From Bigelowiella natans CCMP2755 (taxonomy: Eukaryota > Protista > Cercozoa): 64,000 bases of DNA. The notes beneath the pieces were generated by a model. That model was given only the letters and a program-made list of their open reading frames with translations. It was not told the DNA's origin and did not search any database. Position numbers and translations under genes: made by a program. Shown here piece after piece: positions 1 to 15,128 of this stretch; position 1 is the stretch's first letter; each line of letters opens with the position of its first letter. The DNA lies in contig ADNK01000562.1 in assembly GCA_000320545.1 (NCBI GenBank), positions 1 to 64,000 of the forward strand, read 5' to 3'.

Positions 1-62
<62 letters not shown>
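1..62. repeat. compound (CA)n(TA)n microsatellite (intronic)
   Basis: Direct reading. Similar arrays occur at ~1675-1737, 22709-22761 and 26708-26761. Confidence 0.95.
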
Positions 63-64
<2 letters not shown>

Positions 65-105
65 TTATATTTTGTAAAATATTATCATCTAAGATACATT
101 CCTAT

Positions 106-1473
<1,368 letters not shown>

Positions 1474-1670
1474 GCTGACATCAGATTTGATGATCCACAT
1501 CAACGGTGGCATCAGTTTGCATAAGCAGCGATCGTCACAACTAGAATTCTAATTACCCTACCTAAAACTCAAAATTTAGATCGAGATGTGCATGCTTCAT
1601 CCATGTACATACAAAGAGTGAAATCAAAGAGCTGGCAGCATCGCTCTTGAATTATTGTGTATATGTAACT

Positions 1671-1737
<67 letters not shown>

Positions 1738-1740
<3 letters not shown>

Positions 1741-2428
1741 CGGATGTAATGAAATGTTTAAATTTTTTCAATGGTCATCCTAATGTAGCTGTGTAATGCA
1801 GCGGCTACAGCGCTTAAATTGTGTCTGTTTGTTTCCTTGGTCCCATGTTGCATGCATGAAAATGCATCATGATTTGGTCTAGCATGTCGTGCTTTGCGCG
1901 CAGCTTTGCGGGTTGCTTTTTCTGCGGTTGTGAGACGCGTAGTCTCATCGTTGCGATCCATGATGGCCGTCAGTTGTTTGTTGATTCTGAGTCTCTGTGG
2001 TCCGTATTTTCTGCATTGCAGAATGTGGTCCATGCTAGCATGTCTTGCAATGTGTTGCATGTGTCGCACATTGCTTCCAATTTTGTGCGTTGTCCTCTGG
2101 ACAGCAAAAAAGTTCCAAGGTTGCCAACACCACAGATGGCGCGCATCCATGATGTGGCAATGCTTGGCAGCTTCAATGTGATTCCTGTTGTGCGAGAGCC
2201 AGGCATGAAACCAAGTTTCTTCAAATGCATGGCCTTTGTTCCCTCTTGGCACCAGTTTGTTTTGAAGTTGGATGTAGCGATCCGCATGCTCGTTTTGTTG
2301 TGTGCGTTCAATTTATTTTTTAGTGTCTTGCTTGTAGCACGTGTTGCAGTAGGGTGTTCCGCTCGAAGCAATTTGGTCGTGATCAAACTGAGTCGGCGGT
2401 ACAAGGACACTCTGTTCCACGACCTAGT

Positions 2429-2430
<2 letters not shown>
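1738..2430 (-). mobile_element. 5'-truncated, decayed non-LTR retrotransposon (LINE) 3' fragment with C-terminal CCHC zinc finger, ending in a (TA)n tract
   Basis: Two minus-strand frames (1970..2410 and 1758..2252) join across a frameshift to give ...CDTCNTLQD / DHILQCRKYGPQRLRINKQL, the C-x2-C...H-x3/4-C..Y...R knuckle found after the RT domain of LINEs. The element is bounded on both sides by (TA)n. Confidence 0.6.
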
Positions 2431-2466
<36 letters not shown>

Positions 2467-2467
<1 letters not shown>

Positions 2468-2600
2468 GAGACGGATGTAATGAATTGATTACATCTTTTC
2501 AATGGTGATCTTAATGTAGCTGTGCAATGCATGCAACGGCTACAGCGCTTGTGTTGTGTCTGTCTGTTCATTCCATGCATGCTAGCATGGTCACTTGTTT
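2467..2600 (-). mobile_element. second, shorter copy of the same LINE 3' end
   Basis: GAGACGGATGTAATGAA..TTTTCAATGGT.ATC.TAATGTAGCTGTG.AATGCA..CGGCTACAGCGCTT repeats 1737-1830 and again directly abuts a (TA)n tract (2431-2466). Confidence 0.7.
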
Positions 2601-3049
2601 CATGAATGTGAAATCATCTTCTCTGTTGCATACATGTACGTACATGCTAGCATGTATACATGCCAATGTACATGTAAATATTTTTTCACATGCACATTGA
2701 TACGCACGTATTTCATGTGCATGCCCATCTATGTCTAGTATGTGTGCGCGCGCACATGCCATGCGTGCATACATGAATGATGTGCAACAACTCCATGGCG
2801 ACAACTTTAGACCACATTCATCACTAGCATCTCTGAGATGCTCATTAGATGCTGGCAGGCAACAGAGCATGTCTTCATTAACTTTTGTTTGTTGCTATGC
2901 GTTGATGACTTGCTTCGCCGCCAGCATGAGCTGTCAACATGCGAGCTAGATGTGATATGGAGAATGCACCTTACCATGCAGTAGAGAGAGACCGATGCCG
3001 GTACATTCATGAAATATTTCAGACGAGGCTTAGCTATAGATAAAACGAC

Positions 3050-4446
3050 AATTGTGCGTTTCTACTCATTGTCCATCTGGGTTATTGTGGTTCCTACGCA
3101 CACAAAAACATTCGATCAACACATGAATTCATGCAGAAATCCACATACGTGAACAATGGAAGGTGCTTCATGCAATCGTCTCAGATATGAGGGGCTTCGT
3201 GTCATGAAGACGAAGAAGTTTTTATTTCATATTTCACAGACACCGACATTTTGCATCAGGCTTTGCCAGAACTTGGATCGGTGAAATCTGTGGAATAATT
3301 CACATGAACATTGTTAGAGAAATGATTTATTTTCTCCCAACCAGGTTGTTTACATCATCTGGCGGCTGCTTTGACTCTATATTCGGATTTTTAAGTCCCC
3401 GTTGTGCATCTTTAACCGCGAAAGTATCCTTCCATTTACATTGGCAGTTTTTGGCAGATAACGATTCATGAACAAGGCATTCGACATGAGAAAACACATA
3501 TCTCACAACCTGATGTAAGTTCTCAAAGCTCCTCTTCTGCAGTTGGCCGTTTCGCCTAGCCTTTTTCCCTATTACAAAGATTGATATTCATGAGGTGCCA
3601 ACTCGTCTGCTAGCACCAGCCTCCACTACAGTATTGACCACCTGTTTGCTGCTGATAATTCTCGAATGAATGATGATCGGCTACTGTGTATACATGCGGG
3701 TAAAGCCATCTCATTATCTGCACAGGGGGCACGGGCGGCGGCCATGGCAACCATCCTGGTGGGGGTCTTGGAAGATGTACTGGCCACCTAAAATGATGCA
3801 TCCTCAAGACTTCTTCTTCTTCTTCATGCTACTGTGTTTCCTCTCTGTATTATGACCATGGTGGAACGTAATAGCGGTATGCCTGTATGAGTAATTGTGC
3901 CTTCGCGGCTTGCTCCTCCAGAGTCTTTGCGACTTTTCCTCCGATTGTGGAAGAAGTTGCTGATTTTTGGAATTGGAATTCTAGTTAGGAACAACAAGTA
4001 TGCTGACCATGATGAAAAGCTGGGGCTGAGCCGGCGGTATGGTTATTCTCATACACGAACATACGTTAGGGGCAATGTATACAAGCGAGTGATCAGACGA
4101 AAGTGGCCATAGGTCTAACTCAAATACCTCCGGCACTAAAGTCGAGATCGGAAGAGTTGTGGAACTCCTTGATGATCGCATCTTCCGGAAAGGATACTAG
4201 AGGCTGTGGAATATCCGGAGGAAAGATTGGACCCATCGTTATCACATTTAAATTACAATTATTCTCAGAATCTTGCCCTGGAGATCCTCCTCCTCCCCTC
4301 AAACTTGATGGCAGCGGCCTTCTGATCTGCCTCGGAACACTCACAAGCTCATAGAATGATCCAAGAAGGATCACACATCCGAAAACCTTCAGCAATATTG
4401 CTCCAGCATTCAAAGATAGAGAATGCTGACGTTTCACCAACATCAT
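3050..4446 (-). CDS. hypothetical multi-exon protein with N-terminal hydrophobic segment, LRGG motif and Pro/Trp-rich region; 3' end approximate
   Basis: ORF 4120..4446 (MMLVKRQ...AILLKVFGCVILLGSF...SSLRGGGG) splices in phase (gga g|aa ttc; cca tg|g tgg) to EFQFQKSAT...YRYYVPPW and WPVHLPRPPPGWLPWPPPVPP. No family recognised. Confidence 0.45.
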
Positions 4447-4824
4447 GTGGGCAAGTGTGTCCGCGCTGATCCTATGCTAGGAGCGGACCCGCATCATGTT
4501 CATCGGCTCGCTACATCCGTGATCGGAACACTCGGGAGAATTGAGGATTAAATGCTAGGATGTTTTCGGTGCAAATCATTTCATGGTGTGCGAGACCCTC
4601 CTGAGATTTTAGAGTTTCACGGAAAATTATTCATGATGATGAGTTACGAAATTTTAAGCTTAAAATATTTCCTTTTTTTGATGATGAAAAACAGCAAAAA
4701 AATTCAAAGCCCCACCTTCTTGTCGTTCTCACCGAGGGTGTCTGCTAGTCTGGTTGGGTGTTTCCTCCAAGGCGTCCATCGCACATTGGAGCGGTGAATG
4801 AGGCACCTAACCTGTGCGTAGTTC

Positions 4825-5760
4825 ATGCTAGTCATTTGCGCACATTGGATGTTGGTGACATTGAAAGTCATCATGTTGTGTTGCAGCGACAGGTCAATGA
4901 TGTGAGCAACACTGTGTCAACATGCGGGCAGTTTGTGTTGGAATTTTTTGGCGTCACTGTTCATCGTGATGGATTGCGAAGAACAACAATGACTTTTGGG
5001 ATGTGTTTTGGTGCATGCTAGCATGCTGGCATGGCAAACTCTGTGTTGCCACCAAGCCAGATCATCTCCAGCACCAGAGCAGGCTAGCAGGCAACACGCT
5101 CACAGCCACGCCATTCTGGCATTGATGGAGAGCTCCAACCGGGGTCATTTTGACATCGTGAGCATGATCGAGCAAAAGTGCATCACAATCGAGAACAGAA
5201 TCTGTGCGTTCACCAGAGACATGCCACACTTGCAAGCATTGAAAAAACAATTGAACGAGCGTTGCTGCGTTGGGTGGACGACCTCCCACTCCAGCTAGCT
5301 AGCACGGGAAAAGAAGGTAGCAGACCATGCCAGCACAGCCATCCCGAAAAAGGAAATTTTGAAAACTGAAACAAGTTCAATCGTCATTGCAAGATCAAGC
5401 TAGCAAGTGGAATTCATGCATTGCTAGATTGCTAGATTGGATGGCACGCGCGCATGCTCACAAAGCTAGAAAGACAAAGTGAAACGCACGTGTGCACACA
5501 ATTGTGGACACGTCGCAGCACACAGCACCAGAGAGAGAGAGCATCTGCACATTCTGACATTCAGCATTGCTAGATTGCTGGATTGGCACACAGCTCTAGA
5601 GCTGCGCACCAGCTAGCCAGCTAGCCAGTCTAGCAGTGCACACAACGCTAGAACGTGCATTCAGATCACGCACATCGCACACATCTAGACATGCCAGCAT
5701 GCAAGCTTGCATGCTAGCATGGCCTACTAGCTAGCTAGCCTAGTAGCACAAGCTAGACCA
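4825..5760. other. TpA-depleted, CTAG-rich island downstream of the rhamnosidase 3' end
   Basis: Nearly all TA occur in CTAG (GCTAGC, CTAGCTAG). TGCA, CATG and CACA are strongly enriched. Confidence 0.85.
5090..5270 (+). pseudogene. degenerate ankyrin-repeat-like fragment inside a TpA-depleted island
   Basis: ALMESSNRGHFDIVSMIEQK resembles the ankyrin ALM.A...GH.EIV..L helix pair. No clean gene structure; the frame has no Tyr. Confidence 0.3.
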
Positions 5761-6042
5761 CACACCGCTACCTCGTCTGCAGTCGCATTCACTCACAATT
5801 TACAGCCTGGTGCACGTATTGCGACGTGCAATGCATTACTAGATTACACAATGGACCGCGTATTGTGATGCATGTGTTTGAATCGTACACATTGCTCGCA
5901 TGTAACTGATGAATAAATTGCTGTTCCATTTTTTTCGATTAGTGATATGGATATCGTTAATCAAATGAAGCATGCGCGTTCTACAAGATTCACTGATATC
6001 AATAGAAACTATTCTTCATCCGCCGTCGTTTAGTCTCACCGC

Positions 6043-8276
6043 TCATTCATCTCTGTTTACTGCAGCCTGCAGGACTTGAAAGTTGAATTTACCGGAAGAT
6101 ATTAGGAACATAAGGCTGTTTGACTGCAGGTCATATGCGAGTCGGTGCAAGCCCGTTACGGGTTTGTGGGAAATCTCGACTGTCTGCCTAGTGAGGCTTC
6201 CCTGGAAGATCTCTTTCCCATTCTCTTCAATCATTACATAGACTCCATTACGAGTTAATAGGTTGCCAAGGCTACCAACGATGGGCACCGTGACATTGCT
6301 ATAGATCCCAGCAGACAGTGTCGCTTTAAAGGTCGTCCTTGAGAAGGAGGTGGTGAAAAACCTTTGTTGGCTTTCTGTTCCCATTCCTGCTCCGCCTCCT
6401 GCTCCTCCCTCGATTTCCCAGCAGAATTCAAATGGTCCTCTCTTTGTCTTCGTCTTGGAGCACACTGAGGAGATGTTTCTGCTAACACCGCCAACGAGCA
6501 GACGCAGAGGAGTCCTCTGTGAGTAACCGAGGCCTGGTTGTTGATTCCCTACTACGCCTGCTAGCTCGAATAGGAACGTTGCGATTGTGGAGTACCTGTC
6601 CAAGAAGCAACACCATCATCATCACCATCACTGCGTTGCTTTCACCAGCATACAGCTTGAGCAGCAACATACGTGCACACAAACAAATACCAACCACCAC
6701 CAACACCACTACCAGAAGATATACTACTACTACTACTACTACTACTACTACATGTGGTGATTCCTTGAGTCCATGGAACCTCCTTGGTGAATTCCATCCC
6801 AGAGCTCCCATAGATTCGTCGTTGCTGGCTCGACATCATTAGTGAGCATGTAGCCGAGAGAGGGGTCAGCCATATTCATAAGAAGGTCGAATGCTGCCCC
6901 TGCATTCTTGGTTTTGACGAGGCTCTGGAGGATGTACTTGAAGCCGAACATTCCTACAGTCCATCCCCCCCCATCATCCTCCAACCGCTTAGCAAGCGTC
7001 GTACCAACACGCATAGTCTCATTGCTATCTAGGAGATTTAGTCGTAGCGCCAAACTTAACTCCGTTTGTCCCCCACGGCCGAACGTACTAGACGATTCGT
7101 CGTAGAATACATCCAGGAACTCCCGGCTGACGTATGAGGCGTTTGTACGATAGAGAATAGAGCGGTCAATGTCGCCAGCGGCCTGGGCCATTTCCGCGGC
7201 CTGTTGCAAGGTCAAGATCCAGTTGAATGCGGAGATGTAGCTTTTTGAAATGGAAGTCGATCACATAGTCAAACAGACAGAATGGGGGGGGGGGGAATCA
7301 GATGGATTAGCATTGGAAGTGACAACTGATTTGTACCGGGATCTCACTTCAATTACATGTATATCAGTGATTAAGTAATGTTATCATCATCATCATCATC
7401 ACCACCATCATAATTATTATCGTCGGAATATTTCCATGATCCCGGCAAAGTATCGTATTTATTTCTTCTTCTTCTTCTTCTTCTTCTTCTTCTTTTTATT
7501 CTTCTTGTTCTTTCTTAGCTACGTTGCACTGGGACGTTGATGCACGTCTGCTGGCACCCATTCGCCGTAAGTGCCCCACGCTATCTGCCAAAATGTGTGC
7601 GTGTGTACCAAGATAACGAATACAACAACAATAACAACAACAGCTGCTAGTCACTACCCCGCTCTTTTCCATCCCTTCAAATCCACCTCGACGTTCATAC
7701 TGACGATACATATTCTCCAAGTAGAGCTCAACGCCACCACAGTGCTTCTCGTAGGGACGGATGTCACCGGATATGTGGTAGCGCGAGTAGATGATGAAGA
7801 TGAAAGCAGAGCTCCAGCTTGGATCGGCGGGCTTATTTCCATAACGGTAGAACGGCACGACGTCTGGAATGCTGCCATTCGTGGACATATCATCCTCGAT
7901 CAGCTCCAAAAATGCGTTGTGAAAAGCAGCAACATCGAATGCCTGCAGTGACAGTCGTTAGTAGGAGTTGTAATCGCAGTTGTTACTGTGAAGAGGAGGA
8001 CAAAAGAAGCAAAAGAAGTGTCAAATGCACAAAGTCACGGTTGTTTCTACAGCTGCACATAACAATGAGGAGTAATAGAAATCGAGTCGCAAGTTGGTAG
8101 ACAGCACCAATGCAGAAATATCTGCGCTACTGCCCGCGTCCCCCATCCATCCAAGGCGTTCGTCTCTTTGTGGGCAGTCGGTTGGTATGGACATGAGATT
8201 GGAGGATAGAGACCCGAGGGCCATCTCCCAAAATGAGTTCACTACAGGATTTGAGCTCCTATTTACATATATTGTA

Positions 8277-8318
<42 letters not shown>

Positions 8319-8405
8319 TAAAATCAAATTTCGAAGTATAGATTATATTAACTCGTTTCAAGCGAATCCCCTCATTTTGCCAAAACACATATCACACACA
8401 CACAA

Positions 8406-8441
<36 letters not shown>

Positions 8442-8883
8442 TATGCCTTTTCCTGCCGCCTCCACACCCACCTACCTAATATCCCCATGCTGATCCATAT
8501 CAGTGCGGAAGTGGACCATTTGAATGCGAGGGAAGTTTTTGCAGCGAAGCGCGTACGTTGGTAAGCCAAAAACGTTGTTATCATCATCATCATCATCACC
8601 GTCCACACCGTTGGCGGTGGGATTGCCACAGGGCCAGTGAAAGATCTCGATGTGCCTAAAACCATGGTAGGTAAAAGCAGGCTGCCAGAACTGCCCAGCC
8701 TCATCTGATGCGCCACTGAAGATGTACGAATCGGTGGCTCGAGCACTCCGCAGGTTATCATAGTAGAGGAATTGCCCGTTTTCGCCGAAATATCCATATC
8801 TTTAGGATTTGGGAGGGAGAGGGGGGGAGGTAAAGAAAGGTGGAATGCGAACAGCGAGATAAGCACACCGACTGGAATCAGTG

Positions 8884-8918
<35 letters not shown>

Positions 8919-9100
8919 TGGATAGGACAGGGCAGAACAAAAAGTGTTTGATTATTAATAACTATACTACGGCAACTTGACTAAAGAAATGTCTCGATTC
9001 CTTCGCCAGGGAATCGACCAACAGATCTAGAGATCATTTTATGAAAATAAGCCAAGCCGTCTCAAATAAATTGGAACCTTGTGCTAAGTGCTATGCCCCG

Positions 9101-9132
<32 letters not shown>

Positions 9133-11761
9133 TATATGTTATAGTTGTAGCACTAATGTTCTTGCAAAATTTGTGACTACTTACGGAGCATGCATCGTTG
9201 CTTCAGCATGACGGATAGTGATATTGCTACCCCTCTCCCCTTTTGGCAGCAACACCCTGCACACACCCGCTCTATTCTTCTCAAAATCGATCACAAAATG
9301 GCCATTCTTTCCATCCTCACTCATGCCCACTAGACCTAAAAAGGGGGGGGGGGGGGGGGGGGGTTGTTTCCCCAAAGAAACTTAATGAGCGACTACATAA
9401 TTAATATGAATAAAATAGGAGCGTAAGAGATTGAGAAGGGGAGGATCAAAAGTTGTCGTGCTCACACTCCCACACCGTGCAAAGCAGAGTTTCTTACATG
9501 TAACACATCATCGTAACTTCACCCATATAACATCGCTGTTATTATGAGACCGTACCATCATCATCATCATCATTATCATCATTGTCAATGTACTTATGAT
9601 TGCTACTATCCTTTCAACTCATTATTACGGATGGAAAGAGGCGCTACAGTTTCCTGTTGCCGAATGGGGGGGATGGGTTGCGCCACCATCACAGCCCGTC
9701 TCGCCCACGCCTCTCCCCCAATATTTGGTACGGCTGCCCACAGTGATGCATTGGTTGGAGAGTAGTGAGGAGAGAAACAGCCAGAAATCTTCTCGGCCTC
9801 AGGCGCATCATACGTTTCTCCATTGAAAATCGAGTCAAGGGTCACGGGGCCTGTTGGTTTTATGTAATTTTAATTAGGGGAGGAAGACGAATAAGGCGGA
9901 GGCAAAGGCAAAATGAGGTGAGCGGGAAGGCTGCTGAGAACAATATCAGCTACGACAGATATCGACAAATTAAAGCGCTCCCATCTATGCATAGATAGCG
10001 TATTTACTACCAGGGGTTCCTTGCCATACGGTGTCATTTTTTTGCTCCTTCATTTTCTTATTATCCTTGCCTGTTGTTTGTGCAACCGTGTGCCAGACCC
10101 CATCATCGTCTGTGCGCACCTTGACAATCATGCGTACAACTCTCGCGGTCCATGTTGGAGACTTTGAAAGGAGGCCTTTCATCTCGGTCCTTCCTGGGAG
10201 AATCTCCGTCGCGTTCGGATTTAGAACGAAACCAAGATCACCCGCTTCAAATTTTGGCGGGAAATTCGCCAGATCGCGCCAGCCTTGGCCTGCGCATTCA
10301 TTACAAAATGGAAACTCCATATTATATATATATATATATATATATATTATACATCATGATAATAAAGATGATGATGGTATATAAAGGATTGATACGCTTG
10401 TCACACACGTATATACGTGTATGTGTAAATGTATGTGTGTGCGTATGTGCGCGTGCATCTACCTACCTAGGGCAACTCCAAGGGCGTTGCGAGAAGAATT
10501 TAGCAGGGGCAGGATCGAGTAGGTTGCATAGTAGCACTTCTTGTCGTATCGAGTCCAACCCACGCCTGCTCAGTAATATTATTGTTCGTTCATCTTGAGA
10601 GGGGAAAATGAAAAAAAAATCAATGACTTGTATCACCTAAGCTCTCATTGACACTAACTCTCTCGCCATTGACGTAATACTGGCCCCAGCTGCCCGAGAC
10701 ATACAGACGCGCACTCGACGCTCTCTGCAGCAACATCGGGGATATATCAAATTCTGTCCGGAGCACCTTTAAGTCATCGCTGCCTGAGAATAAATTGAGT
10801 AAGTGAGATGCAAGTAAGGGGAGAATCCGCAGGGATTGTTGTTGAGATAAGTAAATTCACATTTTTGAACGATCTGATTACCAATCCAAGACGATTGGCC
10901 CCAGGCCTGAAAGTACGGAGGAAGATAGGAACAAACGGGTGAGTTGAGCCGACACAATAATAATTTGCCGCATTTTCTGTCACCTCCTTGCTATGTCCTA
11001 AGCCCATCTCAAAACAAGCCTTTTCAGATCGAGGTGCCACGTATCCATCGGAGCTGCCATGGAAAAATCAACCATTTTTGCATTATTTGGTTCATTTCAT
11101 TTCTGAGTTAGTTTTATGAGCTACGTTTCATATTCGACGGTAAAACAGTAGCGTGATCCAGGCTTCAGTGGATACCAATCATCTTGATACCGAAAACTAA
11201 CGTCCTCGCCCTCAATCTTCCATGACCGAAACGCTTCATTTGCTTCTGCTTCCCACATCATCACGCGCGAAGTAACTATTTGTGCGCCTCTGAATTGGAG
11301 AGGGGGTGGAGGGACCCACCAGCTGTATAATATAAGTAGGGAATCCAATTTAAACTCTACTTTATCACCAAAAGGGGGGGAGGAGATTAGCAGAACCTCA
11401 AGACAGGATTCAAATTGTCGATTGCCAAAACAAGTCCCACCTAAGCATTAAAGCGAGCGCACACGCATGCGCGCATACACCCAAACACGCACTTACGTAT
11501 TTATAAACCTTTTGGTTAGCCCCTTGCCGCAAGCCATATGAACGAATGACCAGGTGCGCACTTACATTCCCCGCTTGCGCAAATCTCTTCGGATTCAGTC
11601 CATCAACTCGAAGCCCCTCTGCGGCAGGTAGCGTGGTGTCTCTCTTTTTTTGCAAACAACAATATTTGGGTGATGAGAAAAAATATCTGATAATTTGTTT
11701 CTGCAAAAACCTGGAAGGCATGGGCTGCATGAGCCGTGAGAAGGAGGGGGAGGCAGAGCAT
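6043..11761 (-). CDS. alpha-L-rhamnosidase, glycoside hydrolase family 78, multi-exon, putative signal peptide
   Basis: Exons encode IDFEKNRAG, SIPTDCPQRDERLGWMGDA, GSIPDVVP..DPSWSSA, ATTNLWELWD and SRNHHM|YSTIATFLFELAG, which are GH78 signatures. Start ATG (MLCLPLLLTAHAAHAFQ) is inferred. Confidence 0.88.
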
Positions 11762-12096
11762 GGTGCTTTCCTTCTTTTCCAATTCCGAGGCAGACACAGA
11801 TTTCCGGTGAGATTCCTTGTCGCATATATGAAATACAGTCCCATTTGCTTTAGAACTTATGGGTACACCTCTTTAGCTGAAGCCGACCATGCTCTAAACA
11901 CCGGTTCAATTTGAAGCTTAGCTCAGGCAAATGATGATCTACGACAACACCCATATCGCTAGTCCAGCTCTGAACACGGTACACGTACCTACACCGACGA
12001 GAATACGAAATCGTATATGTCGCAGTAGTAAAATAGAGGGCAAATCAAACAGAACCAGAGTTCGGATTCATTGTTGCAGCGCACCCAGACCTAACA

Positions 12097-12515
12097 ATGT
12101 CATCGCCACCTGTATGCTCTGAATCCTCGATCAGTGACGAGTTCCTACATTTTGTCAACGGATGCCACTCGGAGTTCCATGCTGTGCAACAGACAATTAA
12201 GTTGCTTACGAAGGCTGGATTCGAAGAGATCTCTGAGCGCAATGATGTGGACTGGACCACCAAAATAAAGCCAATGGGGAAATATTTCTTCACGCGCAAT
12301 CAGTCGTGCATCATTGCCTTCGCTGTTGGAGGAAATTATAAAAACGGAAACGGGTTCGCAATCACTGGGGCTCATACCGACAGGTTGGTACAGCATCGCA
12401 CAAAAATGTTTGCCGACTGTTAACAAGTTTATACCACTATTGCAGCCCTGTGCTTAAGGTCAAACCAGTTTCCAAAGACCAAGGTTCGGGATTCATGCAG
12501 GTTTGATATAACACA

Positions 12516-12582
<67 letters not shown>

Positions 12583-14379
12583 ATTTGTAAATTGCTGGGC
12601 ATGCTTGTTACGTGTAATGTGACTTGCGTATATTGTTCGAAATTCTAGGGGTACATATTGCTCATAAAATCAAACAATCATTGTCAAATTGAATAGGTTG
12701 GGGTTGAGTGTTATGGCGGGGGGCTTTGGAATACATGGTTCGATCGCAACCTGACAGTTGCAGGGCGAGTTATTGTGCAGACAGAGGAAGAAGATGGGAA
12801 GCCTCCAAAGTATGAATGCAAGCTGGTCCACATCCCAAGGCCTATCCTATGTATTCCAAACCTGGCAATTCACCTCAACCGTGGCATTTATACCGAAGGC
12901 TTCAAGTACAATAAGCAGACACATCTCCTACCAATCCTTGCAACAGGTTTGTGTTATGAAATTGCCCCTCCTCGTCAGTAGTAGTCCCGTTGTACGACTG
13001 ATACTCTTCCTATGCGGTATCTGCAACCTCAGAAATGTTGAACAAAGAAATGAAGATGGGAGATGAAGCGAAGGCTAGTGATGAGCACCACTTCCTCCTC
13101 CTTGTCCTCCTTGCTAAGGAGCTGAAGGTGTACTGATGCAGATCTTAGGGAAACTGTCCTTCAATCATCATCGTCACCATCGTCGTGATTAACTTCTCCT
13201 TCTCCCTTCCCCAGGTACCAATGTCCTCCATCAAAGATTTCGACCTATCCCTTTGCGACACGCAGCCCGCTTGCCTGCACGGAGCGTGGAATGAGTTTAT
13301 CTCTGCACGGGGACTTGACAATCTGATGATGTCGTTTATTTGCACAAAAGCTCTAATTGCAGCAACGTAGGTGTCAATACCCTTTGCATCATTTCGCCAC
13401 GAATAGATTTTGGAAACACCGAGTACATGAGTTCAAAGGCAAAGGAGTGACTGAGCGACTCTCGTGTCGGTTGCTTTCAATTTCTTCTGTTTCTCTTCGT
13501 ATTCTTGCTTAGTGACGAGAAATCTCTGAAAGAAGCAAAACAGATTCAGATGGTAGCACTCTTTGACAACGAGGAAGTTGGGTAATAAGAAAGAAAGTTC
13601 ATATAATGTAGCAGTATTGCGTCGGCATTTTGTTCTCACTAAGAGATTACGAGCATCTTGAGGTAGTGATAGATGATGTTACATTAAGATTGCCAATTAA
13701 ATGGCCAGGTCCACATCCCAGCAAGGAGCAAATTCTAACTTGATGGTGAGGCTTCTGCAGAGGATACACGGAGACGATATGAAAGTGTAAGTGAAACTTC
13801 TCCAGCTGATAGCATTTAGTACTGCCATTGTCATATCCGTCCTCTGCCTCTTTCTCCCTTATTCCCCCCGAAGATAAGATCTTTAATAAATGTAGGTATG
13901 ATGCGGCGATCCGCAAAAGCTTTCTGGTGTCAGCAGACATGGCTCATGCTTTGCACCCGAACTACACTTCCAAACATGAGCACAATCATCGCCCTATCAT
14001 CCATAAGGGGTCATAGCATAGGAGATAGGAGCAACCAACATAAAGTGAATGTTCGGAGAGTAACGCAGTGCGCACCTATCGAACGCGATTAATTTGTCTC
14101 ACACGCACCGAAGTATGAACGCTATCAGTGTGTGATCACAAGTTTATTTGTATTTTCATCGCCGTTCGCTATCATTCATCATCCACCATTGATGCATTCA
14201 ATCGATCAGGTTAGTAATAAAGAAGAACGGTAACCAACGGTACGCGACGAATGCTATCACCACATTCATCTTGGAAGAAATTGCCAAAAAGCATAAGATC
14301 CCACTGCAGAAGTTCGTGGTAAAAAGCGGAGATTTAAACAACAACTATTACACAACAATGACAACAACAACTAACAACT

Positions 14380-14411
<32 letters not shown>

Positions 14412-15128
14412 CGATGACGACGACGATGACGAGAGCAACAGAAGTTGTGGACATGACGCTGCAAACCAGGGGAATGAGCCGGAAAAAAAATACAGAGAAG
14501 AAAAAATTAAATTGTGATAACTGGATGGCGAGGAAACACGATGTGTTGCAATCATCAGGTCCGGAACGACATGGGTTGCGGTAGTACCATTGGACCGCTT
14601 CTATCAGCAAAACTTGGCATCCGCACCCTTGACGTTGGCGTGCCTCAGTTTGCCATGCACTCTATCAGGTAATAGTACTACTACTACTACTACTACTACT
14701 ACTACAACAACTACTGCGTGTTACAACAGCAGCTTTTAGACGAGTTTTTCGCACATTTAGTGAGTAGTGAGAACATACCAAGACACCAAGTCTTTGACAG
14801 AAGTATTCTAAGTGTTATAGTAACAATCAGCATATCTGCATTGTCGTATGACGACTCCTCCTAATTCCCATTGATACTAACGGTCATTTTATTTTGTTAT
14901 ACACAGAGAAATGTGCGGAACTCGGGACGTTCTCTCATCCTTTGAGCTCCTCAAGAACTTTTATCTTGAATTCGAAGGGTTGGATAGCTCTCTCACAGGT
15001 AGGATTGATGCTCTGATGCTAACAATGACAATCATGATAGTGATGACAGGTGCTAATCAAGCAGATATTTTGCTGTCGATTATCAGTTCAATGACGGTCC
15101 ATACTTTTTTGCTTTAGTTGACAAGTGA
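12097..15128 (+). CDS. DNPEP: aspartyl aminopeptidase (peptidase M18), multi-exon
   Basis: Motifs [79 protein letters not shown] and [14 protein letters not shown] are spread over GT-AG exons. The last exon ends VDK*. Confidence 0.95.

Noticed and set aside
4825-5900. Explaining the TG/CA excess by CpG methylation decay or RIP
   Set aside because: CpG persists in the islands and TpA, the RIP product, is what is missing, so the pattern is opposite to both.
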